Below are positions 1 through 14,241 of a DNA stretch of 64,000 nt, in pieces. Within the stretch, counting starts at the first letter, position 1, and each line of letters starts with the position of its first letter. Source of the stretch: Octopus vulgaris (Eukaryota); the NCBI GenBank assembly GCA_951406725.2, contig OX597827.1, positions 17,298,001-17,362,000 of the forward strand. Direction: 5' to 3'. The translations under genes were made by a program, and so were the position numbers. The notes below the pieces were generated by a model that saw nothing but the letters and a program-made list of their open reading frames with translations, did not search any database and was not told where the DNA came from.

Positions 1-89
1 TACATATACATAAACACACGAGCGTACACGTATATGTACATATACACATACACATACACACACATATATATACATACATATACATACAT

Positions 90-120
<31 letters not shown>

Positions 121-185
121 CATACACACACATACACATACACACATATACACATACACACATATACACATACACATACACACAT

Positions 186-270
<85 letters not shown>

Positions 271-407
271 CACATATATATATACACACACACACATACA
301 TATACATACACACATATATACATATATATATATATACACATGTGTGCATACATACATACATACTCGTACACACACGCACGCTTACACATACATATATACA
401 CACACTT

Positions 408-454
<47 letters not shown>

Positions 455-471
455 TATACACACACATTCAC

Positions 472-502
<31 letters not shown>

Positions 503-591
503 TACACATACACACATATATATATATATATATACATACATATACACACATACACACACACATATATATACATACATACACATACACATAC

Positions 592-622
<31 letters not shown>

Positions 623-1096
623 CACATGTGTGTATACATACATACTCATACACACTCACATACACATACACACACATATATATATATACATATATACACG
701 TATATACACATAAGTACATACATGCATAAATGTATACATATCTCTATAGAAGTGCATACACATACATACACTCACGCGCCACCTTATATACATAAATACA
801 TACATGCATACAAACGCATACTCAAGTAATAAATAATAAGTAATAAGTAATAAGTGTATATACATGCAGTTACCCTTTATACAGACGGAGACATTCATAT
901 AAACATACACACATATACATATATATATATATACATACACATACATACATACATATACATACATACACACATATATACACATATACATATATATATATAC
1001 ATATACATATATACACCTATCTACATATATGCACATATACACACACACATGCACATACGTATAACTCTACATACCTACATATACATATATATACAT

Positions 1097-1153
<57 letters not shown>

Positions 1154-1264
1154 TACACATACATATATATATATATATACCCATCTACAATCTGTATATA
1201 CACACACATACATGCACATACACATAACTCTACATACCTACATATACATCGACATACTAGCGTA

Positions 1265-1315
<51 letters not shown>

Positions 1316-1380
1316 AATATATACATACACACATATATATATACACACACACACACACACATACACACATATATATATAT
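1..1380. repeat. compound (TA)n/(CA)n/(TACA)n microsatellite region
   Basis: Direct reading; the ORFs here are YI/HT dinucleotide translations. Confidence 0.95.
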
Positions 1381-1556
1381 ATCAACAATTGAGGGTAAAG
1401 TTAATTAGTTATTAATCAATTTCACCAAGTATTCAGTATGTAAAAGGACCATTATTTTTGAGTAAACATTGTCTGAGAGAAATTTTCTTTAAGTAGTGGA
1501 AATGGCTAAAAAACTTTTTTGGCTGCTATTTCTAGAAAGTTCAGTATGTGGCAAAG

Positions 1557-1560
<4 letters not shown>
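1381..1560 (+). mobile_element. fragment of short TA-flanked PLE-derived element with an inverted copy of its own 3' end
   Basis: 1381-1450 is the reverse complement of ~4210-4283; 1451-1560 matches ~4052-4157 directly. Confidence 0.75.
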
Positions 1561-1619
<59 letters not shown>

Positions 1620-1745
1620 AAGTATGTATATATGTGTGTGTATGTGTATGTGTATATGTACATGTACGTGTACGCTCGTGTGTTTATGTATATGTAGGTA
1701 CGTAGAGTTATGTATGTATGTATGTATATGTACATATGTGTAAAT

Positions 1746-1801
<56 letters not shown>

Positions 1802-2169
1802 AAGTTTATATGTATGTATCCGTCTGTATAATAGGTAACTGCACGTATATATACTTAATATTCTTTATTTATTTTTTGAGTATGCATGTATGTATATGAA
1901 TAACTGCACGTATATATATTTTATTTTTTATTTTTTGAGTATGCATGTAAGTATATGAACATAAGTAGGCGCGTGTGTGTGTATGTATGTGTAAGCATAT
2001 GTATAGATATATGTATACTTTTACGCATGTGTGTACTTATGTGTATATATGGATGCGCGCGTGTGTGTGTGTGTATGGGTACGCATGTATATGTGTATGT
2101 GTGTGTATGTATATGTGTATGTATGTGTGTGTGTGTATATATGTATATGTATGTGTGTACATGTATATG

Positions 2170-2222
<53 letters not shown>

Positions 2223-2338
2223 GTATGTATATGTATGTGTATGTATGCGCGTATATGTATGTATATGTATATGTGTGGGTGTGTGTATGTGTATATATGT
2301 ATGTATGTATGGGTGTATGTATATGTATGTATATATAC

Positions 2339-2380
<42 letters not shown>

Positions 2381-2827
2381 ATGTATTTGTATGTAGGTGT
2401 ATATGTATGTGTGTATATATATTTATTGGTGTATATGTATGGACTAGTCTTCTGTGGGTGTATTGAGGTATGTATGTGTAAGCGTGTAGACATGAATCTG
2501 TAGGTACGCGTACGTATGTGTATATATGTGAATGTATGTAGATGTATGTATGTATGAATATAACGCGTGCGTGCGTGTATGTGTATGAGTGTACGAATGA
2601 GTGAGTGTGCGTGCGAATGAGTGTGCGTGCGTGAGTGAGTGCTTGTGTTCGAGTAGAAAGATAAATGGACTTGCTGTCGTCCCCAGGGGGACGATAGCCA
2701 AGATGCTTGTGACCCGCGGTCAAAGATAACAAAAGTAATAAATGAAGATAATAATAAAATTAAAATTAGGGAATGGGTTTGTATTTGTATGTATATGTGT
2801 GTATGTGTAGGTATGTATAGGTACACA

Positions 2828-2874
<47 letters not shown>

Positions 2875-2980
2875 ATATATGGACTTGTGTGTGCATGTGT
2901 GTATGTAGATATGTGTGTGTATGTGTGTATGTGTATGTGTGTGTATGTATATATTTTTGTGTGTATATGTATGTGTGGGC

Positions 2981-3026
<46 letters not shown>

Positions 3027-3125
3027 ATGTATATATATATATGTATATATATATGTGTGTGTATATGTATGTGTGTATGTATATGTGTGTGTGTGTATAT
3101 ATATATACATATGTGTATATGTATA
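1561..3125. repeat. compound (TA)n/(TG)n/(TATG)n microsatellite region
   Basis: Direct reading; part is a diverged inverted copy of 690-910. Confidence 0.9.
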
Positions 3126-3333
3126 AGTGAGAATCTCCTTATTTACCTAAAACTCTCTTCTTCTATATATTTTTTTATTCTTTTATTTATTCTTTTATCT
3201 AATTTACCACTGACTCCTTGACCACTCCCCCAAGTATGATATTTTTGCGCTATGCCTACCCCCAAAAAGTCCCCCACCACCACCCCTTTAAACCTGCCTA
3301 AATGTATAAATGCCAATACAATTCTTGTTAACT

Positions 3334-3384
3334 AGCTTCCTGACGATTTCTCTTGAATGAAACAGTTCTAGTCCTGTAGAAGCT
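3334..3384 (+). ncRNA. type I hammerhead ribozyme motif
   Basis: AGCTTC-CTGACGA-(TTC/GAA hairpin)-GAAA-CAG..CTG-TA-GAAGCT; 6-bp stem I and canonical core, weak stem II. Confidence 0.7.
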
Positions 3385-3559
3385 CCTTCTATATAATAAA
3401 TTAATTTTACTCTGCTATGTATTGAGTACCTTATTTACTGTGGTTAACCCCGAATCATATATATATATATACGACAGCATCGGCTTTTTCGTCTGCCGTA
3501 AGGCATTATCTTTTAAATACGCCAACTAAGCTAAGTTGAACTGTCAAAAGTCGAAAGAC

Positions 3560-3860
3560 GCCTGTTGTTTTTGTCCTGTTATTATTATTATTTCTTTTTG
3601 TATTTATATTCGTGTGGCATCGTCTGTTTTTCTGTCCTTGTTTCGTATACATTCGATCATTTTTCCAAGAAATCTATGCTCGTAGCTTAGTTTTTCCTTG
3701 GGCTGGCAGGATCGGAGCGATCTCAAGATTAATCAGCCGAAATTGCGTGGATGATCCGATTCTTGACTGAAGATTAGAGGCTTCGAATGACCCGTCCGTT
3801 CTTTTGTGTCGTCTATTTGAATGTTTTGCGTTCTTGTCCCATTTTGTATTTTTATATATA
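3560..3860 (+). mobile_element. short TA-flanked repeat family (copy 1)
   Basis: Reverse-complement homologue at ~11503-11820 (shared GATTAATCAGCCGAAATTGCG..GGATGATCCG). Confidence 0.75.
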
Positions 3861-3877
3861 TATTTTATACATACATG

Positions 3878-3946
<69 letters not shown>

Positions 3947-3947
<1 letters not shown>

Positions 3948-4280
3948 AAGGAAATGCTGAGTTTTATTTCGGCTAATCTAGAAACGTGACGTTCTCAAAT
4001 GATCTTTGTACTTGTGATATTTTACTGTTTTACCTCCATATCTTCGTGAGTTATTTTTGAGTAAACATTATCTGGGAGAATTTTTCTTAAAGTAGTGGAA
4101 ATAGCTGAAAAACTTTTTGGCTGCTATTTCTAGAAAGTTCAGTATGTGGCAAAGTAATTTATTTTACTAAGCCCTAATTATATAATATAATATTTTGAAT
4201 ACGCCTTAAATGGTCCTTTTACATACTGAACACTACTTGGTGAAATTGATTAATAACTAATTAATTTTACCCTCAATTAT

Positions 4281-4285
<5 letters not shown>
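3947..4285 (+). mobile_element. short TA-flanked PLE-derived element, 5'-truncated
   Basis: Homologous to 13200-13485 and 1381-1560; bounded by (TA)n on both sides. Confidence 0.7.
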
Positions 4286-4332
<47 letters not shown>

Positions 4333-4944
4333 ATAAATATAAGAAATATTTATGTAAAGCTTTACATGTTACATCATGATCAGTTAATTTATTCGACGAT
4401 CCGCAGGCACAGATACAAACGCGCATAAATAAACTGGTAAACTGCATCTGTTATTCCGCAGTAAATATTAATGCTCAACTTAGACTTCATACGGGGAGTG
4501 GAATATTTGTAACTAACAGTCTTTAGTAGTTGCTATTATTCCATAGATTTAAGATTCATGTTTATAGCAAAGTCCTTGCATATAGCAATTGTATCAGATG
4601 AGCTTGTACGCAATAAGGTTTCTCTTCATTTCTATATAATTAATTATTTACTTAAGAAATGATATTTAGTCTTTGCTGTTTTAACATTAAACAGTCAGGT
4701 GGCGAGTTTACAGAATCTCCAGCACGTCGGACGAAGTGCCGCTAAGCAGTTTATACAGCGTGTCAGCGGCATTTTGCCAGTTTTTATGCTTTGAGATTAA
4801 ATTTCGTCTGTGTCCACTTCGCATTTTATCCATATGGGCCGCCCTCTACCATTTAAACAATACTTTCTTTTCACTGATCAAGATTTCTTACACTGGAGAC
4901 ATTTTCTTCAGCATTTAACAACCCACAAATTCTCGTATCATTTA

Positions 4945-5766
4945 CTAGCAGTATTGCTCGGCTCGTGCGCTCGTGCGTTCTATGCACGCGCGAATTAAGC
5001 TAAACTTGGATGAAGTTCAATCAAAATTCAATTATTTTGGTTTTAAAATCAAGCATTTGAGGCCCTCTAATTTTGCACTTATGTGTTCCATTTCCTCGAT
5101 AGGAAGTACGTAGAAGCGTTTCATAAATTTTTGTTGATCAAATAATTTCATTGTTGAATTATTCAGTTTTTCTCAACGGGGATTTCAGGGGAGAGTTTCA
5201 TGGAGTCCCTGGCGATGTATCGTGATAATCAAAAACCCGGCCTGCTAAAATTTGGTTAAAGTGATTCAAACTGCAGACTCAACGCAAAATGGTCACAAAA
5301 TGGTCAAAATGGTCACATTTAATTCAAAGCGTTAAAAATGTTATGAAAACAATTGGTATGTGTTCACAAAGTCCAAACAATTAATACGAAAAAACCTCCA
5401 GGCTACATCCCGAAAATTCATTTCTTTGCCGAATTTCTACAATGTTTACGGCGATTCGTTTTTATATCTTGATTTTTTATTTTTCATGCAATTTACGCAA
5501 GCTTGCACGCGTGATGAACACAGTTCACGTCAAACAGCTGACTGAGTAAAGTTCACTATTCAATGCATGGGATAAGGCCTAAACAAACACATTATCGATT
5601 TTTGCATTTTCGAGATGAATTTCGGAACAGAAATAGCGCAGTTCAATTTTCATTTGCCTGAACTTTAAGTGACCCATTTTTGGTGGTTCTACGATTTGTT
5701 GGCTAGGAGGAGATGTGCCGGGAAGTTAAACACACAGACACACAAGTTGAGTTTTATATATATAGA
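4945..5766 (-). mobile_element. non-autonomous Helitron
   Basis: Minus strand begins TC(TATATATAAAA), ends ..GCAATACTGCTAG, and sits between A and T; ends resemble the other two Helitrons in the window. Confidence 0.7.
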
Positions 5767-6795
5767 TGTAACTGTGTCATAGCACCAGAATGTCTAATTA
5801 CTGTCGAATTTAATTATGTTGTCTTTTATTCTCTGCAGTATACTTGGTTAGTTAGTGACATTACGCATCTCTATACTTATAAATAAAGAAGTGCAATTCA
5901 AATATCGGTGTCTGAATTTAATTTCCATTATTACTCTCACACAATGAATACTCACAGTATGTAAGTTTTGTTTAATAGAAAAGCAGAGAATGCACAACAA
6001 GGAAGACAAGAAAGAAATTTAAGCACGAAAATTGTTATATTGTGAATTTTCACTAGATGTGAAATTTGCGATCTGTTTGTTTAGAATTAGCTTGGTGTTT
6101 GTAATGAAAACAGCTCAGTAGATAATATTTGGGTAACAGCAGTAGGTTTGAAAAATGCCAGACGTTTCCAAACTTAATACACTAATTATAATTAACAATG
6201 AAAACAGCGATGCTTGCAAAATAACTTTCAAGAAAATTTTGTGATAATTTTTATTCCCAGAACATTTTAAGAACGTCAATCTTCATAATCTGTATGTGCG
6301 CGCGTGTGTGTGTCTGTGTGTGAAAAAGTGTGGATATGTGTGTTTAAGAGTTAAAGTGAGGGAGAAAGGAAGTGAGTGAGCGATTGAGAGAGAGAGAGAA
6401 TGAGAGAGAGAGAGAGAGAGAGAGAGACTGCACTTACGTGTGTCTCCATGCGTGTGATGCCATCTCTATATGTTTATATATCTGTTGTTGTGCGTTGGGA
6501 TACACACGTAACTAGTTGTATGTAATTGGATGCGTGTGGTTGCGCATGTGTTTGCGTGTGTGTGTGTATGTGTGTGTGAATGTGTGTGAAATATATCTGA
6601 GCTATATCCATATCTATACAAATAATTCAATAATACACATTGTAATAAAATATGTTTGCGATTATATAATCTCCTAATTCAATGTCATGTATTAAACAAA
6701 CATTTGTACACAAATTCATATACATTTTTCCGTGTGAGTGTGTTTGTTTGTATGTATGTGTGTGTGTACGTGCGTACGTGTGTGTATGCATGTGC

Positions 6796-6824
<29 letters not shown>

Positions 6825-6831
<7 letters not shown>

Positions 6832-7352
6832 AAGTTTGGAGATGATGTACAGGTATGTTATATTAGAAGAAATGAGGTACTCAGAAAATCGGATGGTTTA
6901 TATTTACAAATATTTATTTGTATACTAGCAGTATCGCCCGGCGTTGCTCGGGTTTGTAGTGGAAATAACTATAAAGCATTTTTAGATAGTTATAGCCAAA
7001 ATATAGCCAAAAAATGGGGAAAAAATGATGGTAAATTTTTTTTTGAGAGTCTGTGGTTTGTGTTTCTGATTCTCGACCCCATGTCGAATTTATCGATTTT
7101 TTTCAGAACTGGGGGAACTTTTCAAAATTTTCGCTGCGTTAGTTTTGAATTATGACATTGGGCTATGTGTGTATCAAGTTTCATCAGAATCGGTTGAAAG
7201 CCGTGGTCAGAATGAGGGTACAACCAAACAGACACACAGAAACACACACAGAAAAACTGCCGTTTATATAGAGAGAGATTACATTTTTTATACATCATAT
7301 AACTTAGATCATGTATTAGCGCTTTCTCCCATTCTAGTGGGGTTTTCAAATC
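6825..7352 (+). mobile_element. TA-flanked short repeat family copy, split by a Helitron
   Basis: Homologous to 10925-11080 and to the reverse complement of 14875-15052. Confidence 0.75.
6925..7278 (-). mobile_element. non-autonomous Helitron
   Basis: 5' TC, 3' hairpin CCCG-AGCAACGC-CGGG then ..CTAG, A|T target; empty site TTTGTATA|TTACAT seen in the paralogue at ~14957-14970. Confidence 0.9.
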
Positions 7353-7681
7353 AAACTAAGTTCCTGTGTGAAAAGTTTGTCCATTTTACAGTGGTATTGA
7401 GTTTGTAGTGGTGGGAAGGAATATAAGACAGTACAAGAGGGTGATAGATGATATATATATATATATATATATATCAGATACCCTTATTTATAGTTGTAAA
7501 AAAGTATTACCTTTGTATCGTATTTATTCCCATGCTGGCCACTTGATAATATCGATATTTAAATATCGATATTATCCTTATTTATAAATTTATATATATA
7601 TATATGTATATATATGCATATATATATATGTATATATATGCATATATATATATGTATATATATACATATATATATATATGC

Positions 7682-7717
<36 letters not shown>

Positions 7718-7747
7718 ATGTGTATATGCACACACACATATATCCAG

Positions 7748-8105
7748 GTGCAGTTATGGCAGTGGGGTCGAGTTACTCTCTTTGTAACCATGTGGTTTCA
7801 GGTTTTGTCCCACTGCACGGTACCTCGAGCTAGTGCCCTCTATTATTATAGCCCTATACCGACCAATACCTTCTGATTGAAAATATCAAAAGGAAACTGA
7901 AAGAAGCCCATCTTGTATATTCATGTTTGTGTGTATGCGTCTGAATTTGGTTTCGCCCCCACACCGCTTGACATGATATTGGCTTGTTTACCTCCCCGTA
8001 ACTCAGCAATTCAACGAATGACAGATTTATAATAAGCACCGCGCTTTTAAAATGCAATTACTGAGTCAAAGTCTTTGGACAACAACCCTGGAAGGCGGTT
8101 GCAGC
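7748..8105 (+). mobile_element. tRNA-derived SINE family 1, diverged
   Basis: Degenerate match to the 12369-12765 sequence. Confidence 0.7.
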
Positions 8106-8235
8106 CAGAAGTGAATATTTCCCACCAAACCTGAGTATTCCGAAAACCTAAGGCGTGAATGCCTGGTTTTTTGGTAGATCCAGCTTGTTCGCAGATGCAT
8201 CATGCATGTCACGGTGTTATTTATGTTCATTCGGA

Positions 8236-9055
8236 AGGCGGCAAGCTGGTAGAATCATTAGCATATCGGGCGAAATGCTCAGCGGTATTTCGTCTGCCGC
8301 TACGTTCTGAGTTCAAATTCCGCCGAGATCGACTTTGACTTTCATCCATTCGGGGTCGGTTAAATTAGTACCAGTTAGGCACTGGGTCGGTATAATCGAC
8401 TTAATCCGTTTGTCTGTCCTTGTTTGTCCTCTCTGTGTTTAGCCCCTTGTGGGTAGTAAAGAAATAGGTATTTCTCAGTTGCTACGTTCTGAGTTCAAAT
8501 TCCGCCGAGATCGACTTTGCCTTTCATCTCTTCAGGGACGATAAATTAAGTAACACTGAAACACTGGGGGTCTATGTAATCTACATGTCCTCTCCCAACA
8601 AGTTTGAGGCCTTATGCCTCCAAGTAGAAAGGATTATTTATATTTATTCAGAAAGCGGCTAGCTGGCGGAATCGTTACCAGGCCGGGCAAAATTTGTTAG
8701 TGGTATTTCTCCCGTCGTTACGTTCTGAGTTCAAATTCCACTGAGATCGACTTTGGCTTTCATCCTTTCAGAGTCAATAAAATAAGTACCAGTGAAACAC
8801 TGGGGTCAATGCAATCGACTAGTCCTTTCCCCCAAAATTTCAGGCCTTGTGCCTTTAGTAGAAATGATTATTTATAAGACCAGACATTCACAATTATTTA
8901 TATTTATTCGAAGGCAGCTAGCTGGCAGAATCGTTACCACGCTCGGCAAAGTGCTTAGCGGCCTTTTAACTGCCTTTACATTCTGAGTTCAAATTACGAC
9001 GAGGTGGATTTTGCCTTCATTATTTTGGGGTCGATAACTTAAGTACTAGTGAAAC
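8236..9055 (+). mobile_element. tRNA-derived SINE family 2 cluster/tandem array
   Basis: GGCGGCAAGCTGGTAGAATC head, B-box-like GAGTTCAAATTCC, repeated TTTCATCC..GGGGTCG..TAAATTA..TACCAG core. Confidence 0.85.
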
Positions 9056-9826
9056 CAGATCGATCGTCATGACCGTAGTGAACAAAGAAATGCAAGTATA
9101 AACTGATTAAATTCATCTATAGATAGACAGATTATTTGGCGGGAGTAGATTCATATTGTGTAAGTGATGATAGCATGAGTGCTTTCTTCTATATTTTTTA
9201 CAAACATCTTAATAATACTAAAACACTAGAGAGGTTTGTTTGTGTGTATCAGAAATATCTCAGAAATATTATATTTTATCTTATTTTTTTTGCATATGTA
9301 TTTTCATACTTACCTACGACAGCGCAGTACAAAATTGTGTGACATTTGGACCTCTATTTATTAATGAAAACGAGTAAACACATTTGTTTGTTATTTCTTG
9401 GTGAAAAACTCATGGCTTCTGTGACGTCACCACATATGCACACATACGGAACACACACACATATAATGAATGTTATAGCGTCTCAATCAACACAAACACA
9501 CGTCTGCTATGTGTGTCATATACACACACACATAGTCTTTGCACTCTCTAAGACAAAAAACGTCAACTTTTTGACGTGCAGAATATTTTAATCATTTTAA
9601 AATATTTGTAACTGAATGTGATTTCAAAAATATAAGTGTTTGTACAGTATTTATGTTTTAGCTTTCTTTAAGCAGACAATACTTAATTGTTTTGTTTTTC
9701 TAAAATTATTATCAAGTCGTTAATTTCCGTCAAAAATTTTTTATTTATTTACTTTTGTTTTAAAATGACAGAAGAGAAAGTGAAAGATGTATGTACGTCT
9801 ATATGAAATGGACGTATGTGTGTGAA

Positions 9827-9857
<31 letters not shown>

Positions 9858-10121
9858 AAGGAAAAGAGAGAAAGGAAGAGAGAGAAAGAGAAAGTGACAA
9901 CGTGTGTGTTCTTATGTATCTGTAAGTGGTATTGTCTCTCCTTCTCTCTCTCTCTCTCACACACGTCCATTTCGCTGCTTGTTGCAACCTTTTCAGTAGT
10001 TGTTAGTAGCACATATATATATATATATATATATAATATATATATATATATATAAATAGTTAGTATATATATATATGATTCTATATATATATATACTGGG
10101 GAATTTATATATATATATATA

Positions 10122-10341
<220 letters not shown>

Positions 10342-10504
10342 TTCCTATCTTTATCACTAATGCTGTTTAGAATAACACCTACGCAAATTCTATAACCAAA
10401 ACATTCAAAAGAAATATTTTCATGAATTGAACAGCGACTATTACCATCGACTGTGGGTCATTAGCTGACCATTCAAAATACTATTGTCACGGCACTCCCA
10501 CATA

Positions 10505-10538
10505 CTTCTTCTTCTCCTTCTCCTCCTCCTCCTTCGTC

Positions 10539-10570
<32 letters not shown>

Positions 10571-10657
10571 CTTCTTCTTCTTCTTCTTGTTCTGCTTCTT
10601 CTTCTTCTTCTTCTTCTTCTTCTTCTTCTTCTTCTTCTTCTTCTTCTTCTTCTTCTT
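10505..10657. repeat. (CTT)n microsatellite
   Basis: Direct reading. Confidence 0.97.
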
Positions 10658-10819
10658 CCCTACCAAGAATTCACAACGGCCTCGAACCCACTAGAGTAAA
10701 CAAGAGAAACAGAGACAGGCAGAAACAAGGAAAATGCCACTTGTATTTGAACACTATACAAATATTCTTTTAAAAAAACTTTTCTTTTAATTTTCCCAAA
10801 TTTAATTGTTTAATTTTTA

Positions 10820-10855
10820 CAGTTGAAAAAGTCTCAATGACTGAAACCGGTACTG
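10820..10855 (+). ncRNA. minimal hammerhead motif, U3:A8 core variant
   Basis: CAG-TTGAAAA-AGTC(TCAAT)GACT-GAAAC-CG-GTA-CTG. Confidence 0.6.
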
Positions 10856-11174
10856 AAATGTTTTTTATAAACTTATTTTAGCATTTTCTATCTTGACTTT
10901 TTTTCCATATATATATATATGTATATTAGAAGTATTGGGGGTGATGTACAGATTTAATACATATGAAAGAAAAAAGGTGTTCAGAATGCTGGATGGTTGT
11001 GAAAATATATATTTATTTACATATAACATATTATTTCTTCATATTAGCGCTTTCAACTACTCCTGTAGTTTCAGAAACTACAGGAGTGGTTTTCTTTCAT
11101 ATATCTATATATTTATATATAGTTGTAAAATCTGAAGAAAAGACTCTGCCTAAGGTTAACTAGTAGTAATATGG

Positions 11175-11370
11175 GACAGCCACTACGATGTGGCGATCGA
11201 CTTTATATAGATGTATAAAATTATCAACCATCGCACAAACAATAACTCTGAGCACCTTTTCAGACTCCACCCATCTAACACCCGTGGACATATTTACAAA
11301 GTCAGAAAACAGCACAGCTCCCATGACTTTAGGAAACATTTTTTCACGCTGAGAGTTGCTGAAGCATGTC
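11175..11370 (+). pseudogene. CR1/L2-group LINE ORF2 C-terminal fragment
   Basis: MYKIIN..TRGHIYKVRKQHSSHDFRKHFFTLRV matches the TRGH..K..RK.FF..RV motif of CR1-group RT C-termini. Confidence 0.75.
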
Positions 11371-11434
11371 TTTGTATGAAACAATTGTACTAAAAACTAA
11401 TCCATTCTTGTTGCTTCTTTCTCGTATATAAATA

Positions 11435-11501
<67 letters not shown>

Positions 11502-11502
11502 A

Positions 11503-11820
11503 AGTAAAAAAATACAAACTGGGACAAGAACGCAAAACATTTAGAAGACGATACAAAAAACACGGACGGGACATTCGAAGCCTTCAATCTTCAGTCAAGA
11601 ACCGGATCATCCTCGCAATTTCGGCTGATTAATCTTGAGATTGCTCCGATCTGGCCAGCCCCAAAGGAAAAATCTAAGCCAAGCGCATTAGATTCCTTGG
11701 AAGAAAGCCTCGGATGTATACAAAACAAGGACGGAAAAATGGACGATGTTACACGAATAAGAATACAAAAATACATAAAAACAATAATGATAATAATAAT
11801 AACAAAAACAGGACGTTACA
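11503..11820 (-). mobile_element. short TA-flanked repeat family (copy 2)
   Basis: Reverse complement of ~3560-3860. Confidence 0.75.
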
Positions 11821-11830
11821 GACATATATA

Positions 11831-11874
<44 letters not shown>

Positions 11875-12368
11875 TGTCTGTCTATCTGTCTGTCTGTTTG
11901 TCTGTGTACATAGTACGGATAACTTTTCTTTTTAGCCCGTATTGCAGACACGAACTTCTAGATTTATCAATGGCTTTTTTTTCATATTTACTCATAAATT
12001 CCTCGTAATGTACTCTGAGCTGTAAAGCTCCCACATGATGCTATCAACCATCCTATACCATCCCAATCTCATCTTTTGCATGAAATGATATTTCGTGTAT
12101 TGCTGCCTGTTTACCGTAGGCAGTGTGACAATAATTGGGGGAGACGTTAAAGGCGGAGTTGCTGTATAATACTCATACATGTAAGTCCTGCATCGTCCCC
12201 TGTTTGACCATGAAACCTCAACATGATTATGCAAGTTGGCAAGACGTTTTGAGGAAGTTTACCAATTTCCATTGCCAGAAGATATTCTCTTTCAACGCCT
12301 GTGATCATTATCCAAATAAAAATTCGATACGGCTTGGCAATCTGTGTCGTCACAGGCTTTGATACAAA

Positions 12369-12765
12369 GGCGCAGGAGTGGCTGTGTGGTAAGTAGATTG
12401 CTTCCCAACCACATGGTTCCGGGTTCAGTTACACTGCGTGACACCTTGGTCAAGTGGACTTTTACTATAGCCTCGGACCGACCAAAGGCTTGTGAGTGGA
12501 TTTGGTAGACAGAAACTGTAAGAAGCCCATCGTATATACATGTATGTATGTATATGTTTGTGTGTCTATCTTTGTCCCCCAACATCGCTCGACAACCAAT
12601 GCTGGTGTGTTTACGTCTCCGTCAACTAGCGGTTCGGCAAGAGAGGCCGATAGAATAAGTACTAGGCTTACAAAAAAAAGTCCTGGGGTCGATTTGCTCG
12701 ACTAAAGGCGGTGCTCCAGCATGGCCGCAGTTAAATGACTGAAACAAACAAAAGAAGAAAAGAAT
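12369..12765 (+). mobile_element. tRNA-derived SINE family 1 (octopus OR/OK-like), full length
   Basis: A-box-like TGGCTGTGTGG, B-box-like GGTTCAGT, CORE-like ACCTTGG.CAAGT, internal microsatellite, A-rich tail; more than 12 copies in the window. Confidence 0.9.
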
Positions 12766-13049
12766 AAAGTACACAAAAATCCTGGACTGATAAGGAAAGG
12801 TTGTGCATTCATTTGGCTCTCTAACTCTCTTGACAATCCACTATCTGAAACACGCACATCACACACTCACACACAACACATGTTTGTGTGCATCTGAATG
12901 TCTGTATGTGTATATGTGTTTGTGTATTGCATTTCATGTATGCAAATACGTTCATGACTTACTCTCATTCATTTTTTTGAATTTGGCGGCACTAACACGG
13001 AATATGATCTCTCTGATACCGTTAGGTGAATTGATGTTTTCCAGTGCCT

Positions 13050-13485
13050 TCAAATTTAATATACAATTATTAATAATTGAGATACAATTATTTATGATTG
13101 TGGAATCCTACGCTGAAGAGACGAAAATAGTCGGGTAAGGTATAATTATTTATTATTTATGCTTTATACTGGCTTAATTCCGAAACGCGCGTCCGTAGGT
13201 AACCTAATATAGAATGATTTTCGTCATTTTTTCCCTTTTACCTGCGTGCTTTGTTTTCAAGTGCTTTGGTTTTTCTGGAAACTCCCTTTAAAGTAGAAGG
13301 AATAGCTAAGATTTTTTGACTGCTATTTCTAAGCTTCGGTGTGTGGTGCAGCTAATCGTTTCTGAACCCTAATTTATAGTATTATTTACACATTTACAAA
13401 TGGTCTTTTTCATGCCGAATTCTACTTGGTGAAATTACTGATAACTTCTTAATTAATCAATTTCACCCTTAGTTATTATTGATAT
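13050..13485 (+). mobile_element. HHR-bearing short PLE-derived element
   Basis: HHR followed by a body homologous to 4050-4285, ending ..ATTATTGA-(TA); 5' boundary approximate. Confidence 0.7.
13107..13199 (+). ncRNA. type I hammerhead ribozyme, canonical core
   Basis: CCTACG-CTGAAGA-G..long stem II..C-GAAAC-GCGC-GTC-CGTAGG; predicted cut after C13193; palindromic loop III. Confidence 0.88.
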
Positions 13486-13845
13486 ATGTACGTAGATATA
13501 TGCTTAGATAATTATTTAACTGAGAGACGGTTCAACAAATCTAACATAATTCTATTAATTGGTCTCCGTTCGCAGAACTCTAAATCAAGTCTCTGCTGTG
13601 TTATACTTTTTTGTTTAAAGTATTTGAGGTTGTATAATAGTCGTTCAAACGGCTGTTACTCTTGTCGGTTGTGTGTGTGTGTGTGTGTGAATGTGTAGAA
13701 GTGAAGTTTTTGCCTCATCTGGTATCGGAGGCAAGGTTAGTGCTCTCTATAAAGGGACATATTACAATTCTGTGCACATCTACTTACACACGTATCAGTA
13801 ACTCTCAACTCATCAACGGGGATGATGAACAGAGTATATAATAAA

Positions 13846-13900
<55 letters not shown>

Positions 13901-13938
13901 CATATATATATATATTTATTTATAAATATGTATATATG

Positions 13939-13987
<49 letters not shown>

Positions 13988-14182
13988 CATGCATACATAC
14001 ATGCATTCACCATTCGAATACACATTTCATTTATCTGCATAGTTAAATGTAGATTATGTGAATATGCACGTGTGCTTGTATATATACATATATATATATA
14101 TATGTATGTATGTATATGTACATATATGTGCGTGTGCTTGTTTGTTCATGTGTGTACGTGTGTGTGTGTATGCATGTGGGTA

Positions 14183-14241
<59 letters not shown>

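Noticed and set aside
11992-12350. Possible RTE LINE remnant (MRLGWYRM)
   Set aside because: Similarity too weak to support
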